A stretch of 63,000 nt of DNA, the filler included, from Nitrospirae bacterium MYbin3 (GTDB lineage: Bacteria; Nitrospirota; Thermodesulfovibrionia; Thermodesulfovibrionales; Dissulfurispiraceae): assembly GCA_002753335.1 (NCBI GenBank). It is 3 parts of 3 records of this genome, joined end to end, with 100 filler letters (N's around TTAATTAATTAA, not from the genome) between each part and the next. Parts side by side here need not be neighbours in the genome. Positions count along the whole stretch, not along the records: positions 23,446 to 45,326 come from PEAD01000038.1; 2 more parts are not named here. One strand, written 5' to 3'. Below, in pieces: positions 29,224-38,327 of this stretch. The notes under the pieces were generated by a model. That model worked only from the letters and a program-made list of their open reading frames with translations, searched no databases and had not been told where the DNA came from. Numbering within the stretch: position 1 is the first letter of the stretch; each line of letters opens with the position of its first letter. Both the position numbers and the translations under genes were made by a program.

Positions 29224-29870
29224 TGCAACGGAGGATTAATAATACAGGCATCTTCATCGATGCTGTATCCAGAAATCTTTACAACCCTGCCTTCAACCGA
29301 AAGCCTCCCCTCAGCAAAAAGCCTTATCGCTTCGGGAAATATTTTATGCTCAAGCTTCAATATTCTTTTCGAGAGCGTATCTTCCGTATCATCAGGAGAA
29401 ACCGGTACTGCAGCCTGTATGATAAGCGGGCCTGTATCCATTCCTTCATCAACAAAATGAACTGTGCATCCGCTTATCCTTACGCCGTATTCGGCAGCCT
29501 GCCCCTGTCCGTGGAGCCCCGGAAACGACGGCAGCAAGGCCGGGTGTATATTCATTATGCGGTTTGGAAACCTTGCGATTAAAGGCTTTCTGACAACACG
29601 CATGAAGCCTGCAAGGATCACAAGCTCCACACCTCGCGCAGAAAGCTCTTCGGCTATCTTTTCATAAAATACATCCTTATTTGTGAAATCTTTCGGATTG
29701 ATGAACAGATGTTCAATTGAGTGCTTCTTAGCGCGTTCCGCAGCGTAAGCGTCAGGCTTGTCGGTAATAAGAAGTTTTACAGATGCTTTAAGCCTTCCGG
29801 CTTCTATAGCGTCAATTATTGATTGGAAATTTGAGCCCCTTCCGGATGCAAGAACTCCTAATTTAAGCAT
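29220..29870 (-). CDS. purN: Phosphoribosylglycinamide formyltransferase
   Basis: ASGRGSNFQ, LAGFMR, NIHPALLPSFPG, HFVDEGMDTG. Confidence 0.97.
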   Translation of the reverse strand: MLKLGVLASGRGSNFQSIIDAIEAGRLKASVKLLITDKPDAYAAERAKKHSIEHLFINPKDFTNKDVFYEKIAEELSARGVELVILAGFMRVVRKPLIARFPNRIMNIHPALLPSFPGLHGQGQAAEYGVRISGCTVHFVDEGMDTGPLIIQAAVPVSPDDTEDTLSKRILKLEHKIFPEAIRLFAEGRLSVEGRVVKISGYSIDEDACIINPPLQ

Positions 29871-29875
29871 TTAGT

Positions 29876-31438
29876 CTAAGCGCCTCTGGGTTTTGCCTTC
29901 TGGACCTTGACCTTCCGGCCTTTCACGATCATCTCGTCAACAGATCTTATTATCTTATCAGCAATATCGCCCGGCACCTCTACAAACGTGAACTTTTCGA
30001 GGACATCTATCTTGCCTATAGTGCCGTAAGGTATCTTTGCCTCTGCCGAAATAGACTTTATTATATCCGCCACCTGTATCTTGTCTTTTCTTCCTATTGT
30101 GAGGAAAAGCCTGACCTTCTCCATTCTTTCGGGCTCTTCTGTGACAGAACCTGATTCCTTGATATCTCCGTAAGCCGCAAAAAGTGAGGCAGCAGCTATT
30201 TCCGCAAAGCTATAGGTTTCGGAAAGATTTTTAACCACATCCATATAAACACTATGGCTGTTTTCGGCAATTATCTCAGAAATATCTTTCTCAAGACTGC
30301 GCAGCTTGGCCTTTGCAACTTCCTGCTGAGAAGGCAGTTTCTTTTTGTCTATAACAGTTTTAGCGGTTTTCTCTATAAGCCTCAGACTTCTGTATTCGCG
30401 CGGAGTTACAAGGGTTATCGCAATGCCTGATTTACCTGCTCTGCCGGTCCTGCCTATTCTGTGTATGTAGCTGTCAGGGTTCTGCGGAATGCTGAAATTT
30501 ATGACATGCGTGACATTCTGTATATCAAGGCCTCTTGCAGCAACATCGGTAGCAACAAGAACGTCAAGCCTTCCGGTCTTGAACTTTTTCATAACCTCGT
30601 CTCTCTGCGCCTGAGAAAAATCTCCATGCAGGGCATCTGCATTATATCCCATCTCCTGAAGCTTGCCGCTCACCTCGTCAACCTCTCGCTTTGTATGGCA
30701 GAAAGTAATCGCAAGCTCAGGCGCCTCAACATCCAAAAGCCGCGAAAGTGCATAAACCTTTTCGGACTCTCTCACTTCATAAAAAACCTGCTTTATTTTA
30801 GGGACAACAACATCTTTGGGGTTGACCTTTATCTTTTGAGGATTGACCATATACCTCTTGGATATATTGAGTATAGGCTGGGGCATTGTGGCCGAAAACA
30901 AAAGCGTCTGGCGCTCGGGCGGTGTGGTCTTAAGTATCGTCTCTATGTCCTCTATAAAGCCCATGTTGAGCATCTCATCAGCCTCGTCAAGCACCACAGT
31001 TTTAATAGCAGACAACGATATAGTCTTTCTGTTTATATGGTCAATGACGCGTCCCGGAGTGCCAACGATAACATCAACTCCCCTGCGAATATCCTTTATC
31101 TGCATCTCTATGGATTTTCCGCCATAAACAGGAAGCACCGTAACCTTCCTGTATTTGCCTATTTTGAAAAGCTCCTGAGAAACCTGCACCGCAAGCTCTC
31201 TTGTAGGCTCCAAAATTATGGCGGTCGGATTTTTGCCCTTAACACAGGTCTCGATTATAGGGATGCCAAAGGCAGCAGTCTTTCCTGTGCCTGTCAGCGC
31301 CTGTCCAATAACATCAACCCCCTTCATAATCTGGGGTATCGCCGCAATCTGTATAGGGGTTGGCTCTTCAAACCCCAACTCAGAAATAGCGGCCATAGTC
31401 TCTTTGCTCAACAGAAAATCTTCAAAATTCATCAACAT
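29876..31438 (-). CDS. DEAD-box RNA helicase with DbpA-type C-terminal RNA-binding domain (DeaD/CshA-like)
   Basis: TGTGKT, PTRELA, DEAD, SAT, HRIGRTGRAG. Confidence 0.95.
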   Translation of the reverse strand: MLMNFEDFLLSKETMAAISELGFEEPTPIQIAAIPQIMKGVDVIGQALTGTGKTAAFGIPIIETCVKGKNPTAIILEPTRELAVQVSQELFKIGKYRKVTVLPVYGGKSIEMQIKDIRRGVDVIVGTPGRVIDHINRKTISLSAIKTVVLDEADEMLNMGFIEDIETILKTTPPERQTLLFSATMPQPILNISKRYMVNPQKIKVNPKDVVVPKIKQVFYEVRESEKVYALSRLLDVEAPELAITFCHTKREVDEVSGKLQEMGYNADALHGDFSQAQRDEVMKKFKTGRLDVLVATDVAARGLDIQNVTHVINFSIPQNPDSYIHRIGRTGRAGKSGIAITLVTPREYRSLRLIEKTAKTVIDKKKLPSQQEVAKAKLRSLEKDISEIIAENSHSVYMDVVKNLSETYSFAEIAAASLFAAYGDIKESGSVTEEPERMEKVRLFLTIGRKDKIQVADIIKSISAEAKIPYGTIGKIDVLEKFTFVEVPGDIADKIIRSVDEMIVKGRKVKVQKAKPRGA

Positions 31439-31526
31439 AACCTCTCTTTATTTTTCAAGCCAAATAAAATCCCTCAGGGTCACTACAACTCCGCTGAGGG
31501 TTGAATGGACTCGGTTTAGATTGCAT

Positions 31527-31556
31527 ATTATATGTTTTAAGACCTAATACTGTCAA
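31527..31556 (-). promoter_or_regulatory. Sigma70-type promoter of the DEAD-box helicase gene
   Basis: TTGACA (31551-31556)-18 nt-TATAAT (31527-31532) on the minus strand. Confidence 0.7.
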
Positions 31557-31673
31557 CAAAAACAAACTCCAACGTGCTGAATTTAGGATATTTTCTAGTT
31601 GCATTTACCATCTAATTTAACTTAAAATTTTTAGATATATGCTTCAAAAAAAATGAAAGAGAGGTTTTGTATT

Positions 31674-32216
31674 ATGAAATTCACATGTACGGTTTGCGGT
31701 TATGTTTTTGAAGGGGATAAGGCTCCTGACAACTGTCCACAGTGCGGCGCGCCTGCCTCAAAGTTTAATGCAGCAGGTGACGGATCGATGGCATGGGCAA
31801 CAGAGCATGTTGTCGGTGTTGCAAAAGATGTTGACCCACGTGTTATTGAAGGGCTTCGCTGCAATTTCACAGGTGAATGCACAGAAGTAGGCATGTATCT
31901 GGCTATGTCCAGAGCGGCCGACAGACAGGGTTATCCTGAGGTGGCTGAGGCCTACAAGAGGATTGCCTTTGAAGAGGCTGAACATGCGGCAAAGTTCGCT
32001 GAACTGCTCGGTGAAGTTGTTTCTGCAGATACAAAAACAAACCTGAAGCTTAGAGTAGATGCCGAATATGGCGCAACGCAAGGCAAGCAGGATCTGGCAA
32101 CATTGGCCAAGCAGCTCGGCTATGACGCTATTCATGACACTGTTCACGAAATGGCAAAAGATGAAGCCCGCCACGGAAAAGCGTTCAAAGGCCTTTTAGA
32201 CCGTCACTTCAAATAA
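31674..32216 (+). CDS. Reverse rubrerythrin (NADH peroxidase type)
   Basis: N-terminal CTVCGY..CPQC rubredoxin-like site, then [30 protein letters not shown] favours ATG at 31674. Confidence 0.93.
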   Translation: MKFTCTVCGYVFEGDKAPDNCPQCGAPASKFNAAGDGSMAWATEHVVGVAKDVDPRVIEGLRCNFTGECTEVGMYLAMSRAADRQGYPEVAEAYKRIAFEEAEHAAKFAELLGEVVSADTKTNLKLRVDAEYGATQGKQDLATLAKQLGYDAIHDTVHEMAKDEARHGKAFKGLLDRHFK

Positions 32217-32228
32217 ACAACCCCATCC

Positions 32229-32265
32229 CAACTCAGGCCAAGAGCATACCTCTTGGCCTGAGTTG
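32229..32265 (+). terminator. Perfect 16-bp hairpin after rubrerythrin (terminator or stabiliser)
   Basis: caactcaggccaagag-catac-ctcttggcctgagttg; no U-tract. Confidence 0.55.
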
Positions 32266-32275
32266 AACATCCATA

Positions 32276-32749
32276 ATGAACAAAGAGATAGAGCGTAAAT
32301 TCCTGATAAAAGATTCTTCATGGGAAAAATCTGCTGACAAAGGGATAGCATATAGTCAGGGTTACCTGTGTCTGGATGAAGATAGAACCGTGCGGATTCG
32401 CACAGACGGAACAATAGGTTTTCTCACGATAAAAGGACGTGCTAAAGGAATTACCCGCAACGAATTCGAATACGAAATACCTGCAGATGATGCAGCGCAG
32501 ATACTGAACCTTTTATGCATCAAGCCTTTGATAAAAAAAGTGCGCCACCTTGTAAAATACAAAAAACATTCTTGGGAAATAGACGTCTTTGCAGATGAAA
32601 ATAAAGGCCTGGTAATAGCAGAGATCGAGCTGACCGACGAGAATGAGTCTTTTGAATTACCTGACTGGGCAGGAACTGAAGTTACTTATGATGCACGCTA
32701 CCTTAACTCAAGCCTTGTGAAACACCCTTTTTCGGCGTGGGTATTATAA
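32276..32749 (+). CDS. CYTH-domain protein
   Basis: EIERKFL, QGYL, VRIR, LTIKG, EFEYEIP, WEIDVF, AEIEL. Confidence 0.93.
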   Translation: MNKEIERKFLIKDSSWEKSADKGIAYSQGYLCLDEDRTVRIRTDGTIGFLTIKGRAKGITRNEFEYEIPADDAAQILNLLCIKPLIKKVRHLVKYKKHSWEIDVFADENKGLVIAEIELTDENESFELPDWAGTEVTYDARYLNSSLVKHPFSAWVL

Positions 32750-33811
32750 TACAATGCTCTCCTGAAGAAAATACTGGTGTATCATATAAAAGTTTAATGG
32801 ACTTACCGGCTTGTATTTAATAATGTAGAAGTATCCGCCGTCTTTTTCGGCCGACTTTATTTCTCTAAAGATCTCCCCTCCGCATACAGCTGTTTTTTTC
32901 TTTACTCTTCTTGTGGCCTTGGTCCTGTATTCGGTAAAAAGCTCGAACAAATGATTATCCATTCTAATCTGCTTATCAGTCTTAAATAGAAAGGCCTCAT
33001 GGTTTATATTGACCAACTCACCTTCAATCGCACCTTGATTATCTGCGCCTTCTATTAACACCGTGGTTTTCTCATGCTCTATTCTATCCGAGACCCTTTT
33101 ATCATCCTGAGGCGACTTACCCGAAACAAACCTGAAGATAAGCTTTGGAGTTTTAGTTGCCAGTTTTTGAAGCACGATCATCATGGTATAAAACATAAGA
33201 CCTATTTCAAATATCAGGTTCTGCGACATATCAAGGAAGTGGTTGTCAATAAATGCCCTTATCTCCTTAGGGGTGCTGTGCGGTGTAAACAACTGTGAGT
33301 AGCCTATAAGCCCGGGATTAACAGCAAACCTCCTATCGTAGCCCTTGATATGCCTGCAAATTTTTTCGTATATCAACGGCCTTTCTGGTCTGGGCCCTAT
33401 GAAATCCATTTCGCCCTTAAGCACATTTATAAGCTGCGGCAGTTCATCAATTCTGGTATCCCTCAGAAACTTTCCGAATTTAGTCTCGAGCTTCAGCTTA
33501 GGTGACACCAACTGGGCGCCAACCTTTGTTTCTGCATCCGGAACAAGTGACCGAAATTTATACATCATATAAGGTTTTTTATTTTTGCCCAGCCTGACGC
33601 CTTTATAAAAGATCGGTCCGCCATCCTGAAGCTTGACGATAAGGCCTATGACTATAAACATAGGCATAGAAAGCAAAAGAAAAAAAAGTGCAAAGAAAAA
33701 ATTGAACGGCCTGTTAAGCCACAAAAAAGCCTTCGAGTATCCGGCCCGGAACTTGAACAGTTTAGAGAGTCTAACTAAAAAAGTCTGCTTAGGCATTGAT
33801 AATTCTACCAT
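32744..33811 (-). CDS. Monotopic phosphoglycosyl (sugar) transferase with C-terminal PilZ-like domain
   Basis: YKFRS, LRDTRIDELPQLINVLKGEMDFIGPRPE; C-terminus KRVSDR and GELVNINHEAFLF. Confidence 0.82.
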   Translation of the reverse strand: MVELSMPKQTFLVRLSKLFKFRAGYSKAFLWLNRPFNFFFALFFLLLSMPMFIVIGLIVKLQDGGPIFYKGVRLGKNKKPYMMYKFRSLVPDAETKVGAQLVSPKLKLETKFGKFLRDTRIDELPQLINVLKGEMDFIGPRPERPLIYEKICRHIKGYDRRFAVNPGLIGYSQLFTPHSTPKEIRAFIDNHFLDMSQNLIFEIGLMFYTMMIVLQKLATKTPKLIFRFVSGKSPQDDKRVSDRIEHEKTTVLIEGADNQGAIEGELVNINHEAFLFKTDKQIRMDNHLFELFTEYRTKATRRVKKKTAVCGGEIFREIKSAEKDGGYFYIIKYKPVSPLNFYMIHQYFLQESIVL

Positions 33812-33852
33812 TACTCACTGCAAATTTCCTGTAAAAAATCGAAGCAAAAATT

Positions 33853-35307
33853 TCATGCAGCAGATGAGAGGCGGGGTCTATGGTCCTCAACTATTACTGC
33901 GGTGCTGCCTTTGTCCGAATGTTCGAACAACTCAACCTTCCCGTCATTCCTCTGGACATATTCGCAGTTTTCCCTTTCCAGCTTAGGATAATACCTGCCG
34001 TCTATGTCCTCATACAGGTCCAGATTGTAGAGCGCATTGCCTCCCCGCCATTTTGCTGTAAGGCTCAATAACCCGTCGCTCTCGTACAAAGTATCCTTGC
34101 CGTTCTCATTCTTATAGCCAACAAAATATTTGCCCGACTCTTTATGGTAAACATCTGCATTAAGCCTGTAAAACTTGTCGCCAACCACCTCATAAAAATC
34201 ATTGCCTATCACTCTGAAGACTTTTTCTGCCCTGCTGAGAACCCACTCAGAGGTCATAACGTCCGGACTGTGCGTGAGGATAACCTTATCCTTTTCCAAA
34301 ACCGTGTGCTGAAGCCTGCTGTAATCGGTATGCACAACGCTGTTTCTTAGCGCAATATCGTGGACAGTTATCGCATTCTCAAAGGATTTGACAGCCTCAA
34401 GATAGCGTTGCTCGCTCCATACTCTCTCTATGTAGTCGTTCATATCTCCGTATATTACAGAAGCTGATTCAAATTCGCCCTCGGTCATAGAAACAGGAAT
34501 CCTCTGCGTAATCTTCTCAGAATACAGCTGTTTCCAAAGTTCTATATCATGGGCTGTATCTGAGCTGAAAACCAGAGTCTCCTTGTCGGTTTTAAATCTA
34601 ACGCCTATGCTCGGCACACCATGCCAGACCGGCGCGTTTATCGCCTCGATAGTAAATCCTTCAGGGTCTTTCAAAACAGAGTTCTTTTCATAAAAGACTT
34701 CAGATGAAAAAGGATAGAAGCTTTCGGGCTCAACCCATTCCTTGTAATCAGGGTCCTTAAACAGCAGCCTCGGCTTGCGGGTCCTTTTGCTGATTATTAT
34801 CTTGGCCATATCAGGGCTGACCTCGCTGCCGTTGCTGTCGGCAACGTACAATCTGAAGCGTCCGGCGCCCTCATACCTCGATTCTATTTTGTATTTCGCA
34901 ATAGGCCCCAAGGCATGGAATTCAATATAGTCTTCATAGGAAACATCCACAACACGCTTTGAATCAACAGAGAGGCTTCTCTCTAGTGCAGCTCCCGAAC
35001 ACCTTACAATATCCCTGTGTATGTCTTCGGAAGTAAGGAGGAACACCCTGTTCGGGATATCAGGCGCGTACATATTAAAAAGCGCCAGATCAGAAAACCA
35101 CCTTTTATGGTCATCGTGGCAATGTGTGATAAGAAGGCCACGAACAGTCTTAAGCCCATGCCCGCCTATCTGCTGAAAGAGAGGGGAGCCGCAATCAAGC
35201 AGGTAACTCGACTGACCTATCGTAACCTGATACCCTATGCTTTTGCCCATACGCGAAAACGGGCCGTAATCACCAAGAACCCTTACAGTAATTCCTTCAG
35301 CAGACAA
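33853..35307 (-). CDS. Large MBL-fold metallohydrolase of unknown function
   Basis: VLGD.GPF, LLDCG, THCHDDH, WHG, FSSDT, HD, HT, LTHS; TTG start with GGAGGG RBS. Confidence 0.8.
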   Translation of the reverse strand: MSAEGITVRVLGDYGPFSRMGKSIGYQVTIGQSSYLLDCGSPLFQQIGGHGLKTVRGLLITHCHDDHKRWFSDLALFNMYAPDIPNRVFLLTSEDIHRDIVRCSGAALERSLSVDSKRVVDVSYEDYIEFHALGPIAKYKIESRYEGAGRFRLYVADSNGSEVSPDMAKIIISKRTRKPRLLFKDPDYKEWVEPESFYPFSSEVFYEKNSVLKDPEGFTIEAINAPVWHGVPSIGVRFKTDKETLVFSSDTAHDIELWKQLYSEKITQRIPVSMTEGEFESASVIYGDMNDYIERVWSEQRYLEAVKSFENAITVHDIALRNSVVHTDYSRLQHTVLEKDKVILTHSPDVMTSEWVLSRAEKVFRVIGNDFYEVVGDKFYRLNADVYHKESGKYFVGYKNENGKDTLYESDGLLSLTAKWRGGNALYNLDLYEDIDGRYYPKLERENCEYVQRNDGKVELFEHSDKGSTAVIVEDHRPRLSSAA

Positions 35308-35370
35308 CCAAAAATCCCTCCAACTTGAATTTTATTGAATATTTTAACATTGATTCTAATGTTTTGCGCG

Positions 35371-36210
35371 TCAGTGTAGTTTAAACTGAGCATCAAACGG
35401 GCAATCGCCGCACTTGCCCAAGCCGCAGGCCTTGGATATGCCCTGATGGCATAATGCAAAGTCATACTTAACAGGATCGACAGCATCAAACCGCTTAAGC
35501 GCTTCTGTAATCTCGACCGCCATTTTCCAGTCCTGCCCAGACCTTTTGGTAAAGCCCAGGCAGCGCGATATCCGCGCAATATGCGTATCGAGCGGGATCA
35601 CAAGCCTGTCCTTGGGTATGCCTTTCCATATCCCGAAGTCTATATCCCTGTCCCTTATCATCCATCGCATAAAAAGATTCATACGCTTGCATGCGCTGCC
35701 ATTTTGCGGCGAGGGCAGGAACTGAAGGAATCCGGACGGTTTGGTATTCTCTCCGTAAATCGGTGCGGTATCTATCTTTAAGAATGAATCAACCATGCCT
35801 TTCAGGCCGCTGAAAATTGTGGGTTCTGTTGGATTGAAATGTTTTTTAAAAACCGACTCGATGCTTCCGTACTTTTTTATCACAACACTCAAGACATAAA
35901 GCAGGCAGATAATATCTTCAGTTTCGTTAAAGCGGTATTTGAGATTGCCGATTTTTTTTCTGAGTTTTTTTGTATCAAAATCTGCCAAGAACTGATAAGG
36001 GCTGCTGCCCATAATATTGAACAGCTTTTCAAGCACGCTCTTAAAAAGCTCCACCTTGCCGTAAGCAAAACAGCTCGAGATAAAAGCGCCAATCTCTATA
36101 TCTCGTGAATCGCTGAACCTGTGAGGAAACTCAATAGGGTCATTGGCTATGCGGCCCTGAAAATCGTAATCCGAGTATAGCCTTTCAAGTATCGGTTTGA
36201 GTTTCTTCAT
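35371..36210 (-). CDS. TIGR02757/DUF2400 family protein
   Basis: DPIEFPH, FAYG, SACKRMNLFMRWMIR, IPLDTH, DPVKYDFAL. Confidence 0.88.
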   Translation of the reverse strand: MKKLKPILERLYSDYDFQGRIANDPIEFPHRFSDSRDIEIGAFISSCFAYGKVELFKSVLEKLFNIMGSSPYQFLADFDTKKLRKKIGNLKYRFNETEDIICLLYVLSVVIKKYGSIESVFKKHFNPTEPTIFSGLKGMVDSFLKIDTAPIYGENTKPSGFLQFLPSPQNGSACKRMNLFMRWMIRDRDIDFGIWKGIPKDRLVIPLDTHIARISRCLGFTKRSGQDWKMAVEITEALKRFDAVDPVKYDFALCHQGISKACGLGKCGDCPFDAQFKLH

Positions 36211-38282
36211 ATCCCCAAAACAATCTCTCGGTCTTCGAGGTCAACCCTGTCTATCCGCACTCTTATTTCAGAAGCGATAGAATACCTTTTCTTCTTCCTC
36301 AAACCTTTAAGAACAAAACCTTTGGCATCGTATTCGTAATAATCGTCGGTCATGGCCGAAACATGCAGAAAGCCCTCGACAAAATAGTCCTTGAACCTGA
36401 CCTTCAGGCCATGAGGCGTAACCGCCGTAACCTTGCCCTCAAACTCCTCGCCCACCCTGTCTTTCATAAACCAGACCCGCATAATATCGAGCACAGCCCG
36501 TTCTGCATCATCCGCAAGCCTCTCCATCTTGGATGAATGAAACGCAATGTCAGGCAACATCTCCTCAAGCTCGGCGATCCTATCCTCGCCAATCCCTCCA
36601 TCTGTCAAAGCCTCACGAAGTATCCTGTGAACAACTAAATCAGGGTACCTCCGTATCGGCGAAGTAAAATGGCAATAACTCTCGGATGCAAGTCCGAAAT
36701 GGCCGATGTTATGCGGCGAGTATTTGGCCTGTTTCAGGCTCCTCAAAACAATATGGTTTATTATCTCCTCCTGCGGTGTACCTTGCGCCTTGGACAGCAG
36801 ATCGCAAAAATCCTTGCCCGCTCCCGAAGTCAGTCCTGGCAGCTTAAAGGCCGCAAAAAGTTCATCCAGCTTTTCTGCATCCGGTTCTTCGTGAACCCTG
36901 AACAAGGTCGGGATTTCCCTGCTTTCGAGATATTCGGCAACCGCTTCGTTGGCAGCTATCATAAATTCTTCGATGATCATATGCGCTACATTTCTTTCTG
37001 AGCGGATAATATCTTCCGGACGCCCCTGAAGGTCGAGCAGCACTTCCGGTTCTGGCAGATCAAAATCAAGACTGCCGCGTTTAATCCTGCCGCGTTTTAA
37101 TTCATCAAAAAGCTCTTTCATCAGTTCAAAATTTTTGACAAGATAATCGTAGCGGCGCAGTTCAGCCTCATCATGCAATTCAACGATAGCATGAACAGAG
37201 GTGTAGGTCATGCGCTCGTTGCTGTTAATAATGCTCGGATAGAAACGGCTTGAAAGTTTTTTCCCCGATTCATCAAAATCCATTTCTGCCGTAAACGCAA
37301 GCCTGTCAACGCCCGGCTTAAGGCTGCATATATCCTCAGAAAGCTCTTTAGGCAACATCGGGATGACCCTGTCGGGAAAATAAATACTGGTGCCCCTCTG
37401 GCGAGCCTCTATGTCTATTGCTGAATCCCAATCTACAAAATGGCCAACATCAGCGATATGAACCCACAATCTGAACCATTGTCCCTTCTTCTCTATAGAA
37501 ACAGCATCATCAAAATCTTTGGCGCTCTCGCCGTCTATAGTAACCGTGAGCAGATCGCGTAAGTCCTTCCTGTTATCCGTTTTTAAAGCATTAGAATAAA
37601 GCCTCTTGGCCTCTGCCACCACCGCTTTAGGAAATGTTTTAGGCAGATTTAGCTCCTCTATAACTCCCTCAATATCGTCTGCAGGGGTCTCAGGCTTTTT
37701 AAGAATCCTGACCACCCTGCCTGTGGGTAGCCGCTTTTCATCAGGGTAATGGATAATCTCTGCGATAACACGGTCGCCGTCCTTCGCCTTTCCTGAATCC
37801 TTGGGAGCGATATAAAAGTCGCACTGTATATTTCTGCTTTTGGGTATTACAAAATAGCCTCTCCTGCCTGAATCGAATGTGCCTGTTATGCGCGTTTGCG
37901 CCCTTTCCAGAATACGGATAATCCTGCCTTCGCGCCGCTGCCTGTTTTCGAGCCGCGCAACAACCCTGTCGTTGTTCATTGCGCCTAGCGCAGCCCGGGC
38001 AGGAATAAAAATATCGCGCTCCCCCGGCTTTTCGGAGATCACAAAGCCGTATCCGCCCTTGTGCGCCTCGAAGCTGCCGGATACCAAGCTCACCTGTTCG
38101 GCTTGGCAATAAAGACCTTTGCTAGTCCTCACGATCAAATCTTCCTGTATAAGCTCGCGCAGAAGCCTTTTCATCCTTCTCCTTTCGGGAGCTGGAAGGG
38201 CCAGTTTTTGAGCTATCTCCATGAAACTGAGAGGCTTTGAAATGTTGCCTAAAAATTGTTTTAAAAACTCTTTGGATATCAT
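36207..38282 (-). CDS. rnr: Ribonuclease R
   Basis: TIDGESAKDFDDA, HFTSPIRRYPDL, C-terminal S1; start at MISKEF (38282) avoids overlap with nadE. Confidence 0.95.
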   Translation of the reverse strand: MISKEFLKQFLGNISKPLSFMEIAQKLALPAPERRRMKRLLRELIQEDLIVRTSKGLYCQAEQVSLVSGSFEAHKGGYGFVISEKPGERDIFIPARAALGAMNNDRVVARLENRQRREGRIIRILERAQTRITGTFDSGRRGYFVIPKSRNIQCDFYIAPKDSGKAKDGDRVIAEIIHYPDEKRLPTGRVVRILKKPETPADDIEGVIEELNLPKTFPKAVVAEAKRLYSNALKTDNRKDLRDLLTVTIDGESAKDFDDAVSIEKKGQWFRLWVHIADVGHFVDWDSAIDIEARQRGTSIYFPDRVIPMLPKELSEDICSLKPGVDRLAFTAEMDFDESGKKLSSRFYPSIINSNERMTYTSVHAIVELHDEAELRRYDYLVKNFELMKELFDELKRGRIKRGSLDFDLPEPEVLLDLQGRPEDIIRSERNVAHMIIEEFMIAANEAVAEYLESREIPTLFRVHEEPDAEKLDELFAAFKLPGLTSGAGKDFCDLLSKAQGTPQEEIINHIVLRSLKQAKYSPHNIGHFGLASESYCHFTSPIRRYPDLVVHRILREALTDGGIGEDRIAELEEMLPDIAFHSSKMERLADDAERAVLDIMRVWFMKDRVGEEFEGKVTAVTPHGLKVRFKDYFVEGFLHVSAMTDDYYEYDAKGFVLKGLRKKKRYSIASEIRVRIDRVDLEDREIVLGI

Positions 38283-38327
38283 TCTGCTTATCTTTACAAA
38301 AAAGCATCGGCAAAGTAAAATCAAGGA

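Noticed and set aside
30461..31504. 347-aa ORF antisense to the DEAD-box helicase
   Set aside because: Shadow frame of a conserved gene, with no motifs or RBS
31580..31600. Possible PerR/Fur box upstream of rubrerythrin (aatttaggatattttctagtt)
   Set aside because: Only a weak palindrome in AT-rich DNA; spacing does not fit a consensus I can support
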